Below, one piece after another: positions 49,495-61,295 of a stretch of DNA of 64,000 nucleotides. The stretch covers positions 17,546,001 to 17,610,000 of the forward strand of contig OX638157.1 of the NCBI GenBank assembly GCA_951804945.1, given 5' to 3'. Within the stretch, counting starts at the first letter, position 1. Each line of letters opens with the position of its first letter. This DNA is from Podarcis cretensis. Its lineage: Eukaryota. A program made the position numbers and the translations under genes. The notes below the pieces were generated by a model. The model saw nothing but the letters and a program-made list of their open reading frames with translations. It was not told the origin of the DNA and searched no databases.

Positions 49495-52400
49495 CCCCTT
49501 CATGGATCACTGCCTTGCCGTGGCGAAGGGGCTTGAATAACTCAGAGAAGCTATGAACTATGCCGAGCAGGGCACCCAAGATGAACAGGTCATAGTGGAG
49601 AGTTTTGACCAAACGTGATCCACCTGGAGGAGGAACCGGCAAGCCACTCCAGTATCCCTGCCAAGAAAACTCCATGGACAAAGACAACAGGCATATAAAA
49701 GTTATGACACTGGAAGATGAGCCCCTCAGGTCGGAAGGTGTCCAACATGCTAATGGGGAAGAGCGGAGGACAAGTACAAGTAGTTCCAGAGCTGATGAAG
49801 CGGCTGGGCCAAAGCCGAAAGGACGCTCAGTTGCGGATATGCATGGAAGCGAAAGGAAAGTCCAATGCTGTAAAGAAAAATATTGCATAGGAACCTGGAA
49901 TGTAAGAACCATGAACCTGGGTAAGTTGGATGTGGTCAAAAATGAGATGGCAAGAATAAATATTGACATCCTGGGCATCAGTGAACTAAAATGGACGGGA
50001 ATGGGCGAATTCAGTTCAGATGACCATCATATCTACTACTGTGGGCAAGAAACCCGTAAAAGAAATGGAGTGGCCCTCATAGTCAACAAAAGAGTGGCGA
50101 AAGCTGTACTGGGATGCAATCCCAAAAATGATAGAATGATCTCGATACGAATCCAAGGCAGACCTTTTAACATCACAGTAATCCAAGTTTATGCACCAAC
50201 TACTGCTGCTGAAGAAACTGAAATTGACAAATTCTATGAAGACTTACAAGACCTTATAGAAGTGACACCAAAGAAGGATGTTCTTCTCATTATAGGGGAT
50301 TGGAATGCTAAAGTAGGGAATCAAGAGATAAAAGGAACAACTGGTAAGTTTGGCCTTGGAGATCAAAACGAAGCAGGGCAAAGGCTAATAGAGTTCTGTC
50401 AAGAGAACAAACTGGTCATCACAAACACGCTTTTCCAACAACACAAGAGACGACTCTACACGTGGACATCACCAGATGGGCAGCATCGTAATCAGATTGA
50501 TTATATTCTCTGCAGCCAAAGATGGAGAAGCTCTATACAGTCAGCAAAAACAAGACCTGGAGCTGACTGTGGCTCAGATCATCAGCTTCTTATAGCAAAA
50601 TTTAAGCTTAAACTGAAGAAAGTAGGAAAAACCACTGGGCCGGTAAGATACAATCTGAATCAAATCCCTTATGAATACACAGTGGAAGTGAGGAACAGGT
50701 TTAAGGATTTAGATTTGGTGGACAGAGTGCCTGAAGAACTATGGGTGGAGGCTCGCAACATTATACAGGAGGCAGCAACAAAAACCATCCCAATGAAAAG
50801 GAAATGCAAGAAAGCAAAGTGGCTGTCCAACGAGGCCTTACAAATAGCAGGGGAGAGAAGGCAAGCAAAGGGAGATAGTGAAAGATACAGGAAATTGAAT
50901 GCAGATTTCCAAAAAATAGCAAGGAGAGACAAGAAGGCCTTCTTAAACGAGCAATGCAAAGAAATAGAGGAAAACAACAGAATGGGAAGAACCAGAGATC
51001 TGTTCAAGAAAATTGGAGATATGAAAGGAACATTTCGTACAAAGATTACCATAATAAAGGACAAAAGTGGAAAGGACCTAACAGAAGCAGAAGACATCAA
51101 GAAGAGGTGGCAAGAATACACAGAGGAATTATACCAGAAAGATATGGATGGCTCGTACAAACCAGGTAGTGTGGTTGCTGACCTTGAGCCAGACATCCTG
51201 GAGAGTGAAGTCAAATGGGCCTTAGAAAGCACTGCAAATAACAAGGCCAGTGGAAGTGATGGTATTCCAGCTGAACTATTTAAAATTTTAAAAGATGATG
51301 CTGTTAAGGTGCTACACTCAATATGCCAGCAAATTTGGAAAACTCAGCAGTGGCCAGAGGATTGGAGAAGATCAGTCTACATCCCAATCCCAAAGAAGGG
51401 CAGTGCCAAAGAATGCTCCAACTACCGCACAATTGCACTCATTTCACACGCTAGCAAGGTTATGCTTAAAATTCTACAAGGCAGGCTTAAGCAGTATGTG
51501 GACCGAGAACTCCCAGAAGTGCAAGCTGGATTTCGAAGGGGCAGAGGAACCAGAGACCAAATTGCAAACATGCGCTGGATTATGGAGAAAGCTAGAGAGT
51601 TCCAGAAACACATCTACTTCTGCTTCATTGATTATGCAAAAGCCTTTGACTGTGTCGACCACAGCAAACTATGGCAAGTTCTTAAAGAAATGGGAGTGCC
51701 TGATCACCTCATCTGTCTCCTGAGAAATCTCTATGTGGGACAAGAAGCTACAGTTAGAACTGGATATGGAACAACTGATTGGTTCAAAATTGGGAAAGGA
51801 GTACGACAAGGCTGCATATTGTCTCCCTGCTTATTTAACTTATATGCAGAATTCATCATGCGAAAGGCAGGGCTGGATGAATCCCAAGCCGGAATTAAGA
51901 TTGCCGGAAGAAATATCAACAACCTCAGATATGCAGATGACACAACCTTGATGGCAGAAAGTGAGGAGGAATTAAAGAACCTTTTAATGAGGGTGAAAGA
52001 GGAGAGCGCAAAATATGGTCTGAAGCTCAACATCAAAAAAACGATGATCATGGCCACTGGTCCCATCACCTCCTGGCAAATAGAAGGTGAAGAAATGGAG
52101 GCAGTGAGAGATTTTACTTTCTTGGGCTCCATGATCACTGCAGATGGTGACAGCAGTCACGAAATTAAAAGACGCCTGCTCCTTGGGAGAAAGGCGATGG
52201 CAAACCTAGACAGCGTCTTAAAAAGCAGAGACATCACCTTGCCAACAAAGGTCTGTATAGTTAAAGCCATGGTTTTCCCAGTAGTGATGTATGGAAGTGA
52301 GAGCTGGACCATCAAGAAGGCTGATCGCCGAAGAATTGATGCTTTTGAATTATGGTGCTGGAGGAGACTCTTGAGAGTCCCATGGACCGCAAGAAGATCA

Positions 52401-52709
52401 AACGTATCCATTCTTAAGGAAATCAGCCCTGAGTGCTCACTGGAAGGACAGATCGTGAAGCTGAGGCTTCAATACTTTGGCCACCTCATGAGAAGAGAAG
52501 ACTCCCTGGAAAAGACCCTGATGTTGGGAAAGATGGAGGGCACAAGGAGAAGGGGACGACAGAGGACAAGATGGTTGGACAGTATTCTCGAAGCTACAAA
52601 CATGAGTCTGACCAAACTGCGGGAGGCAGTGGAAGACAGGAGTGCCTGGCGTGCTCTGGTCCATGGGGTCACGAAGAGTCGGACACAACTAAACGACTAA
52701 ACAACAACA
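49495..52709 (+). mobile_element. Full-length BovB (RTE clade) LINE, 3215 bp
   Basis: 11-bp TSD ATCTGGAATCT (49484-49494, 52710-52720). BovB 3' end catggggtcacgaagagtcggacacaactaaacgactaaa(caa)n. Confidence 0.97.
49605..52700 (+). CDS. BovB APE endonuclease-reverse transcriptase ORF
   Basis: 1031-codon open frame called from a TTG; the first ATG is at 49674. EN motifs GTWNV, SE, YAP, GDWN, IDY, SDH. RT motifs QAGF, DYAKAFD, GVRQGCILSP, YADD. Confidence 0.95.
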   Translation: MTKRDPPGGGTGKPLQYPCQENSMDKDNRHIKVMTLEDEPLRSEGVQHANGEERRTSTSSSRADEAAGPKPKGRSVADMHGSERKVQCCKEKYCIGTWNVRTMNLGKLDVVKNEMARINIDILGISELKWTGMGEFSSDDHHIYYCGQETRKRNGVALIVNKRVAKAVLGCNPKNDRMISIRIQGRPFNITVIQVYAPTTAAEETEIDKFYEDLQDLIEVTPKKDVLLIIGDWNAKVGNQEIKGTTGKFGLGDQNEAGQRLIEFCQENKLVITNTLFQQHKRRLYTWTSPDGQHRNQIDYILCSQRWRSSIQSAKTRPGADCGSDHQLLIAKFKLKLKKVGKTTGPVRYNLNQIPYEYTVEVRNRFKDLDLVDRVPEELWVEARNIIQEAATKTIPMKRKCKKAKWLSNEALQIAGERRQAKGDSERYRKLNADFQKIARRDKKAFLNEQCKEIEENNRMGRTRDLFKKIGDMKGTFRTKITIIKDKSGKDLTEAEDIKKRWQEYTEELYQKDMDGSYKPGSVVADLEPDILESEVKWALESTANNKASGSDGIPAELFKILKDDAVKVLHSICQQIWKTQQWPEDWRRSVYIPIPKKGSAKECSNYRTIALISHASKVMLKILQGRLKQYVDRELPEVQAGFRRGRGTRDQIANMRWIMEKAREFQKHIYFCFIDYAKAFDCVDHSKLWQVLKEMGVPDHLICLLRNLYVGQEATVRTGYGTTDWFKIGKGVRQGCILSPCLFNLYAEFIMRKAGLDESQAGIKIAGRNINNLRYADDTTLMAESEEELKNLLMRVKEESAKYGLKLNIKKTMIMATGPITSWQIEGEEMEAVRDFTFLGSMITADGDSSHEIKRRLLLGRKAMANLDSVLKSRDITLPTKVCIVKAMVFPVVMYGSESWTIKKADRRRIDAFELWCWRRLLRVPWTARRSNVSILKEISPECSLEGQIVKLRLQYFGHLMRREDSLEKTLMLGKMEGTRRRGRQRTRWLDSILEATNMSLTKLREAVEDRSAWRALVHGVTKSRTQLND

Positions 52710-55700
52710 ATCTGGAATCTAATTGTTTACAACTTGAGGAGTTCTGGATGATTGCCTATATTTTCCCTGTATCTATATGGATTTATATTGCTGAATTCCA
52801 GTGACCTTCCCTTGCCAAAGGAAGATACTAGCTGCTAGATACTATCTTGTAGAGCGCTTTGAAAGAGGCTTAGCAAGAGACTTAGCAATCAGCAGGTGCT
52901 GAAAGACTTGCACAGCTCTCTGCATAGCACTGGTGCCTGCAAACCCCCTTTTTGGTGGAACCAGGTTTCTGCCTGTCCCACACCCAGGTATAAGACAGGT
53001 CAGCATGGCTTGGCCAAAATGACCTATTGGGCCAAATGGGGAGGCCTAGCAAGCCTAATTAGTTAAGGCAGAGATCCCCCATCCCTGTGCCAGAAGATGC
53101 AAAACACTCTGTTAAAGCCAAAATTGCCTCTTGTAGTAAATGAAGCTGGCCTTAATCTTGTCATAATTTCATTTTACACCCAAATGCAGTCTTAGTATGA
53201 AAACAAATCTCTAGTCAGCCCCCCCCCCTGCTGTTTCCTCTTCCTTTGTGAAGATTTGTGCTCTCTTTTTAGCCTTGTGAGGCCCTCTGGCACACAATGC
53301 TGAACAGGCAATTTACATGCTGCAGGGGGTGGAGAGAACAGGGTCCCTCAATTTGAATTTCCAACTTGCATCCTTTATTCAGGGGAGTGTGTTTGGCATA
53401 TTTTCCACAGGGAGCAAACTGAACCACATTGGCTTTATATTAATCCATTAAGAAACACACCTTGATGGGCTCTTTGATATTTATTGTATAGAGTGAAATG
53501 AATTTTATTGCTGCTATTTTTATTGTAGTTACCCTGAACTCTGCTTAAAAAATTGCAGAGGGATAGAAATAGGTTATGGGAATTGCTCTAACAAGCCTAG
53601 GAATCCTAGGAGTGGGAAATGACATTTGCAACACTGGTTTGGAAGATATTTATAAAACCGAAGGCTCATGGAGTTCCAAACGCAGAGGCTATATTGTATG
53701 TTAAAACATTAGCCTAAAGGTAATTCAAAGCATTTATTGGATTTTCCACATTCATCAATACTCCTTTGGATACTTAACAAGTTGAGAATCACATAATTGT
53801 TCACTTTGGCAGCAGTTCTCCTTTTAAGCCTTGCCTACCCACCCCGACCCCCCTGGGTGAGGCAAGCATAAGTGAGGCAGGCAAGAGTGAGAATGAGGCA
53901 GTACAGAGTGCTTAATTTCTGTTAAAAGTGGTTAAATCTTGAAATAGTTGAACTCAGATGGCCATCACAGTGAAATATAGGAGGTTCCTGAGGCTGCTAT
54001 TTATTCATTTATTCATTCATTCATATGGGGGGGAAAGTTTACTTCATACTTCTACTTCCCATGTACCACTCAAGGTGGCTTACAACAATTCAAAACCATG
54101 TTGCAATTAACATTTATTTAAATACAGAAATTACAGCAAAAAAATACATAAATATTATAAAGCAACACTGAAAGAGAGAAACTCAAAGCCTGATGGAATA
54201 AAAAATGTCATTGTCAGTTAGTGAAAGACATCGAGAGAGGGAGCCATTATGCTTCATGGGGCAGGGTGTTTCATAGTGTTGGCGTAGTCATTCAAGAGGC
54301 TTGTGTCTTGTTGTCATCAAAAACTGTATCTTCATTGTAGAGAGCGGGGTCTCACCTTTTGATATTCATTCTTCATGCATCTTAGACCTGAGCCATTTAA
54401 AGTTTTAATATTGTCCCATGATTCCTGTGCTAAAGTGAAAACAACCATCACCCACCCATAATTGTGGAAAAATAAATTTATGCAACCTATCTACATTGTG
54501 CGGATTTATGTCACCTTTTATACATTCTGCAGTCTGTAGTGATGGAAAGGGATAATATCTGCTCACCTGGGGCTGCGGGTGGGTGGCGTTTGCTGCATAA
54601 CGTGGCCACAGCTGGTCTGGGGAGCCCACTATCTTCCTGTGCGGCAGGGGGAGGGGACTGCCACCTGGCATTAAAGTCCACAATGCAGCACCTGCGTTGC
54701 CAATCAGGGGCAAGGCCATATGGGCTGCACCCAGCCCACCTCTGGCCTATTTAAGGGCATGGCCAGGTGTAGGACTTTTTAGATTGTTGTGGGAGTCTAT
54801 GACTTACCGGTAGATGTAAGGCCTCTTCATCCATATATCCCAGATGTTATTCATTCTGTTGTCCATAGTCACGGAAAGGGATAAAGTCCTGGACTTAAGT
54901 GCCGAAGTCCTTCCCTGACAGCACCACTGAGTAGAGAGATTTCTGTATATTCATGTTTTGTGGAGTTTTAGTTTTTTTAAAAAATAATCTTATGATAATG
55001 AAGCAAGGAACCAAGTAGGTTCTGTATTTCCCTCATTTGGCACTTAATATACTGCACATGGGAGGAATCTGAGTGTTCAGTGGCTTCTCCCGGTTGTTCC
55101 TTTTTTAAAAGCTGTCATGGTCTGTGTTAGATGCAGTTAAGTTGCTTGTACTGTAAATTTCATTTCTGTTCCTCTTATCGATTGTCTTTTCCTTGAGTGC
55201 TTTGTCTTTCCCCCTTTCCGTTTTTTAATGGCACTGTGAGGGGTTTTTTTTTTTTTTCTCAACTTCCACGCTCCAGTTCATTTTGAGAAGCCTGTTTTGC
55301 TGTTTATTTGTCTTTGCTTTCCAGTGATTAATTTTAGAAGGAAGCAGCTGTGAATAGTAAATTGGCAATACAGAGTGGCTCTGGGGCTTTGGCAGTTGGT
55401 AGGATTTTCAAAGTGTGGAAATAACAGGTGTCTCATGTCATCACAGGTTTGGAAAGAAGTTCTAAAGCAAAACAAAACAAAAACACCTACCCTGCATTAT
55501 TTCTCATTTTTCTCATACTCAGAGGCAACAGTTAATGAGTTATAGCACTGTGGACATCTGCATATAGATGACCTCCAGCTCCAAATGTAATGCATTGATT
55601 ACATTTCCCTCTCAGGAACACATGATATTTCTTCCCATTTTGTACTCACAGTAAACATATGTGGTAGATTAGGTTGAGATATTGTAACCAAGGTTAAGCA

Positions 55701-55833
55701 ATAAATTTCAGGGGTGTGTGGATATATGAATCTAGGTCTCTCTCTACAGTCCAAACTCGCCACTCCATCCATCACATGATAAATGAAAACTAGCCTTTGG
55801 ACTATGGATTCCCTAGTAGTGTTCAGTCTGCGT

Positions 55834-56222
55834 GGGGAAGGGCTGTAGCTCAGTAGAGCACCTGGTTTGCATGCAGAAGGTCCCAGGTTCAAACTCTGGC
55901 ATTTCCAGGTAGAGCTGCCTAACACCCTGGGGAGCCACTGCCAATCAGTGTAGACAATTAAGCTGGGTGGACCAATGGTCTGATTCAGGGCTTGTCCATA
56001 CTTCTTTTGTCCTGCTGTTTCCCCCCAGGGAAAATCGCTCTTTAGTGCTCACCAGAGCAATCAACAATTCAGGTTTCTCCTGGACGCTGTTTGTTCCGAT
56101 CTATCACTAAAGAATGGACTTTCCTTTGGAAAGGAGTGGGGCAAGGAGAAAACCGCTCAGACCCACGCTTTCTAGGAATGCAACAAGCGGAGACCCTCAG
56201 TATAACGTGGTTTCCTATCCTG
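55834..56222 (+). mobile_element. Squam3-like tRNA-derived SINE, interrupted
   Basis: Head gggctgtagctcagtagagc..tttgcatgcagaaggtcccaggttcaa (A and B boxes). The tail resumes at 56200 (gtataa..ttcctat). Confidence 0.75.
55988..56196. mobile_element. PIF/Harbinger-like MITE
   Basis: GGGCTTGTCC...AGACCC termini with a 3-bp TSD TCA. Confidence 0.65.
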
Positions 56223-56356
56223 TGTACAAATATATAATTAATATTGCAAGAACAAAGGTATGTGTGGCACATGAATTGCAGTAACTGCCCTCACTTAAAA
56301 AAAATAATAATAATTGGCATTGTCTATCATGGTACATGGTAAGTCTATCATGGTAA

Positions 56357-56702
56357 GGGACGTGGGTGGCCATGTGGGTCACAGAGCCTAGGACTTGCTG
56401 ATCAGAAGGTTGGCAGTTTGAATCCCCGCGACGGGGTGAGCTCCTGTTGCTCGGTCCCTGCTCCTGCCAACCTAGCAGTTCAAAAGCATGTCAAAGTGCA
56501 AGTAGATAAATAGGTACCGCTCCGGCAGGAAGGTAAACGGTGTTTCTGTGCGCTGCTCTGGTTCGCCTGAAGTGGCTTAGTCATGCTGGTCACATGACCC
56601 GGAAGCTGTACGCCGGCTCCCTTGGCCAATAAAGCGAGATGAGCGCCGCAACCCCAGAGTCCGCCATGACTGGACCTAATGGTCAGGGGTCCCTTTACCT
56701 TT
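56357..56702 (+). mobile_element. Full-length Sauria SINE
   Basis: Highly similar to 36628-36972. tatcatgg occurs on both flanks. Confidence 0.93.
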
Positions 56703-56933
56703 TTATCATGGCACATACCATAGATCGTCAAATGTAAATCCATGGGATTTCTGTGGACTGTTCCCTTACAGGGCTGATAGTGTGACGACTTATCCTCCTG
56801 CTACTCTTGGTAGGATCAAGGGAGCTTATATAAATCTCTGCTCTTGGAGATTTATGAGCTAAGCGATCTTCATCTTTGATAAATGAGTCAACCCTTCTGT
56901 TTTGAGTTGAAAGAACAACTGGAGTGAAAGGCA

Positions 56934-56934
<1 letters not shown>

Positions 56935-56980
<46 letters not shown>
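56935..56980. repeat. (CT)n(CTTT)n microsatellite
   Basis: Directly visible. Confidence 0.95.
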
Positions 56981-56981
<1 letters not shown>

Positions 56982-58875
56982 AAATCACAGTTGCGCTAAA
57001 TGTTATCAAAGCTCAGTACTTTCCCATAAATAGATTGTCAGTTGGGCCAGCTAAGATTTAAAATTTTCTAAAGTTCAGAAATATTGAGATATATTTCCAT
57101 AATCAATGATGAATCTGAATGCTGTTCTTGTCTCCAGATGGCAAGGTGGAATGCTGCATACCCAAGGGCATATATTTGCAGGGAAGCAGATTTCTCAGAG
57201 AGTACTAGTGTATTAGCATGATGTGATATGATAAACACCGTACAATATGATGTGGGAGTACACTAGCCACTGCAGTTTGGTTTTTATTGTAATTGAGATG
57301 ACTGGAATTCAAACAGTTTAACTGCAGGAATTCTGCCTCACTTAATCCATGGATTGTGCCCCCATCAGAAGATAAAATAACTTCGTTTTGTCAGACTTTT
57401 TGAGGAGGTTGTGTAAGCTTCATAGAATGGTTGAGGCAGTTCCCCCCTCTCTCGCTTTACTGGAAGAGTGTTCCAAGAAGCTCAGAATCTTGGGCAAGCT
57501 CTTAAGTAGTAAGGAATGGGTGAAAAGTATCCTCCCTCACCCTATGCACCTTTTATCTCTAATTGGATATTACCTGTTCATAATCTCAGATCTCAAATTC
57601 TGACTCTCAGCTTTAGAAGTTAATAGATGGATCTTTGTTTTATAGATTTCTTTTATATAAATAAGGTGATTTACACTCCTAAGCACTTCAGAACTATGGA
57701 GGTCATTGCCTTTTCATAAATTAGATATAGGTCTAAGAGCTGAACTCAAAAGTATAGTATCATAAGAACAATGTTTATTATTCAAGCAATGCAACTAGTT
57801 GATACCTTTTAATCCCATTAGCAACTTCCCTCATAGGAAAAAACACAAGGCTTGAAGCTCTTATTTTTATATCATTTTTGGACTGATCAATTGAGATGAT
57901 GCTTCCTTCTCTCCTAATCAGATCATTTAAAATCTGTCAATGTCTTCAGTGGAGTATCTTGGGGTAGCAGGATTGGCAGTTTTAGGATTTTAAATAAAAC
58001 ATCAATACTTTCCTTCCAGACTATGTGGCATCAAGATAATAAAAAGGTTGAATTAATTTGCTATTTGCAATATCACTTTCATCATCTCTCCACAAAGCAG
58101 GTGCAAAACAGTATATTTAATATATTATCTTAAGATTTGAACTTTCTCCCCTAGTGGCAAGTGTCTCTCACAGAATTCGTCATTCGTTGGGGGCTGACAT
58201 CCTCTTGGGGAAGTGATAGCAGAATAGGATTTTTATCATTTCCCCCCTCTTTGTGTAGAGCCAGACTTTGGCATCTTTGGCTTTTGTTTCACAGACAATT
58301 GAATACAGATTGGGATCAGTGTTTATGGCAACAAGTATGAGGGGAAACCTTCCCCTTTGCTTCTAGGCAGCTTCTGTTATCTGGTTTGAAATGTCGAGTA
58401 TTCTTCAGTGAGCTAAAAGTGAGAGCAAGAGATAACATTTACGGTGGCATAAAGATGCAGCCAGATATTTGCACCAAAGACATTGTTCCCTCCATATTCT
58501 GTATGGTGATTTTAATGAAATATCCCCTAAAATGATCCTGGAAATATATCTCTAAATATAGTATTGTTATGCATTGCATATTAATATTGCAGTTTCAAGG
58601 GCAAGATTCAGGCTGTTTTTACACCGTGGTTCTTGTACCTAATGTGTTTGTAATGCAAGTATGAAAGTTACATTGGTCAGAATGTACATTTGCATTATTC
58701 AGCCTGCTGCCCCTTCACAGTCTCTTTTGCATTAGCAACATGGCAGGTTAAAGCAGAGTAAGAAGAAAGCAGTGCTTGGAAAGCTGGTGTGCTTCAGAAA
58801 GAAATAATAAAAATATGATTTCTAAAACAGGCAGAAAAATCATTAAGTCGTCCACCAAGACCCTCAGCAATTTTC

Positions 58876-60021
58876 TTTCTTTTTTTTTTTTAAAAAAATA
58901 ATTTTTATTAACTGGCCAATCAAATCAAATCAAATCAAATCACATAAATTCCGAATTACAATCCGAATTTTAAATTTTGTTGAGGGGACCCATATTTCAA
59001 GATTCGAAGGGGGATTCTGATCATCATCTTGCTACTGCGTTAATGTCCAAATCAGTCCAAACAAAGTTCATAATTCTATCCAGTCTTACCTTGCTGTTTC
59101 CGCATCACCTCTTGTTCATATATTTTCTCTTTTTTCTTTATGATCTCTTCTGATAGTCTCCTTAAGCCGATAAACACCAATAATAATCCTGTGTGAATTT
59201 TTCCGTTCTTCCAATCCTCAAATCGAGATGGATTCCATATATCATCGCCTTCATAGATAACAGCGCTCTTTCCATCATTAATTACAGAACTGTCGTTCTT
59301 AAGTCCCACTGAGGAGTTTGACCCACAATATAAAAACAGCTCTATTTCTCTATTTCTCCTCTCAGACTCAAGTCCTCCGACAGAACTTCCCAATATGGCG
59401 ACGGCACTTTTAACTGCGTCATTCCAAAGCCCTTATACATTCCACGCTCTTCTCAAAACATGCTTTGGTTCGAAAGTTTACCTCCACACAGCCTTAAATC
59501 CACAGCTTAATTCCTTAAAACGACATTTCTGGCTTGTGGGGGGGGGGTTCTTGTTTAATCACATATAAGAAAGAAAGGAAGGTTTTTTTCCCCTCCCCCA
59601 TCAGTCCCTTTGCCATCCCGAGTCTTGGCGTATCTTCTTGTGATTTATACTTGCTCCTTCGACTCTTCTTGCTTTATCAGAGATCTCTTCTGTTAGCAGT
59701 CTTTACTCCCCCTTCTTCCTTGAAATATGTGCATTCGCTTCATCCAAATTGTTTCTTTTGAAGTTCTTGCAGCTAGTGGCACGGATCAGAGATGGCGTCC
59801 AGGAGCACCGAAATCCCACAGGAGGGCATTGTGCCTAGTGCCCCCATCCCTACAAATTCGGGGGTGGTATAGGGCACAGCAGCAAGGGCAGTCCCACCCC
59901 ACAATCCTGGGGGGGGGGGGTAGGGAGGCTATTTACTCCCATCACAGCCTCCAAATTACCTCGTGTGGGTCGGAGAGATGTTATTGTCAGCCATCTTCTG
60001 ATGCGCCCCCTAGTGGCCCCT
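58876..60021 (-). mobile_element. Non-autonomous L1-mobilised retroelement (about 1.15 kb)
   Basis: 17-bp TSD GACCCTCAGCAATTTTC (58859-58875, 60022-60038). AATAAA and poly(A) on minus. G-rich 5' end with AAGATGGC. No RT or EN coding. Confidence 0.85.
60002..60019 (-). promoter_or_regulatory. CTCF consensus-like motif
   Basis: Minus strand GGCCACTAGGGGGCGCA versus the consensus TGGCCAC(C/T)AGGGGGCGC. Binding is not shown. Confidence 0.55.
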
Positions 60022-61194
60022 GACCCTCAGCAATTTTCAAGTGGTTCACAAGGAAAGGAAAGTTTGGGTACTACCAACTTAGAATATTCTTCTTCAAAGT
60101 AATCTTCTATAAATTAGAAGAGTCTGAAAGCATTCAAAAAAGCCTAACACCACCAGCACTGCCCCTCTCCCACTCCAGTTGTTGTTTTTTAGGGTATTGT
60201 AGAATATCATCATTATACTCTGGCCCTGGGTAATTGTGTAATATGAGAACAAAGCAATTAGGTTAATTTACACACTTAATTAGTTTATTGCTTTTTTTTG
60301 TCCCCTAACATCTTTGCTGAAAATTAAGCTTTGATTCCATTAATTAATAAGCATGTGCACATTTTGCAACACCTGTGTGAAAGAAAAGCTCAGAAACAAA
60401 TAGGACGGGGTTTCATTTCCCACTCTGAAATCATTCCATACAAAGAATGATATCATACTGCTTTTTTCAAATCCATTTGGACCAGCTTGGTGCAACCTTC
60501 AATGAGCAGCTCACTTTATTTCCAACTTGTGCAGTGAGAAATGGGTTATCTTTTTTCATCACACAGTATGGAAATGTAGTGATCCGCTCATGGAGGAAAA
60601 GAGCAGACTGCATCACGGACAGCTTGGCAGCAGGATTGAGCAGGACTCAGGCTGTCTTCCTCTCTCCTGAGCCATAATCTCTGATCAGAATCACAATCTC
60701 CCGATTTCAAACTTATCACAAATTTCACAGCTATTGCTGACGGAAATCGAGTGGGGCAGGCTGTGAAAAGGGCTGGAGGGCTGGAGGTTCCCATCCCTGA
60801 GTTAGATGTTTCTCCTCATTGCTTGTTTTTATTGATTAGTGGCACTTATGATTTAGAAATTCTGCAAGAAGACAGAATAGGCCATTGTATTTTAGGTACC
60901 CATTTGTAAGAACTCGATTCAGTAGTGTGACTGTACCTACACTTTGTATTCTTTGTATTCTTCATTGTATTCTTTTCGGCACATGCTAAAATGATTGTTT
61001 TAACAAAGCTACCCAGATGCTTTGAAATGCTGGTGCAAATTTTAATCCGTTTTAGTCTTTTAACTTCTGGTATGTTTTAATGTTCTGTATTTCCCCCCTG
61101 ATTTTATGGTTTAATCTTTTTGTAAACTGCTTTGAGGTGGTGTTTTTTTAAAACAACAACAACAAAGTGGTGTATACATTTTATGAACAATAAA

Positions 61195-61295
61195 TAAAGT
61201 TATTATTTATATCCCACCCATCTGACAGGGTTGCCCCAGCCACTCTGTACGTCTTCCAGCAAAAGATAAAAACACAATAAAGCATCAAAGACTAA
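61195..61295 (-). mobile_element. L2 3' tail
   Basis: tttatatcccacccatctgacagggttgccccagccactctg, tail-to-tail with a degenerate forward L2-like tail (about 61020-61197). Confidence 0.7.

Noticed and set aside
49463-52804. Antisense and alternative-frame ORFs (e.g. 50669-51244, 51731-52138)
   Set aside because: Shadows of the BovB coding strand.
54560-54930. Third Ngaro-like or LTR repeat (CCAAT and TATTTAA in a GC-richer patch)
   Set aside because: Boundaries and homology to 21649 or 48066 could not be established by eye.
55838-55900. tRNA gene
   Set aside because: It has A and B boxes but continues into a SINE body, and no complete cloverleaf is evident.
58145-58159. Second CTCF site (TGCCACTAGGGGAG on minus)
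   Set aside because: The 3' GGC/GC part of the core is missing, so it is too weak to call without a PWM score.
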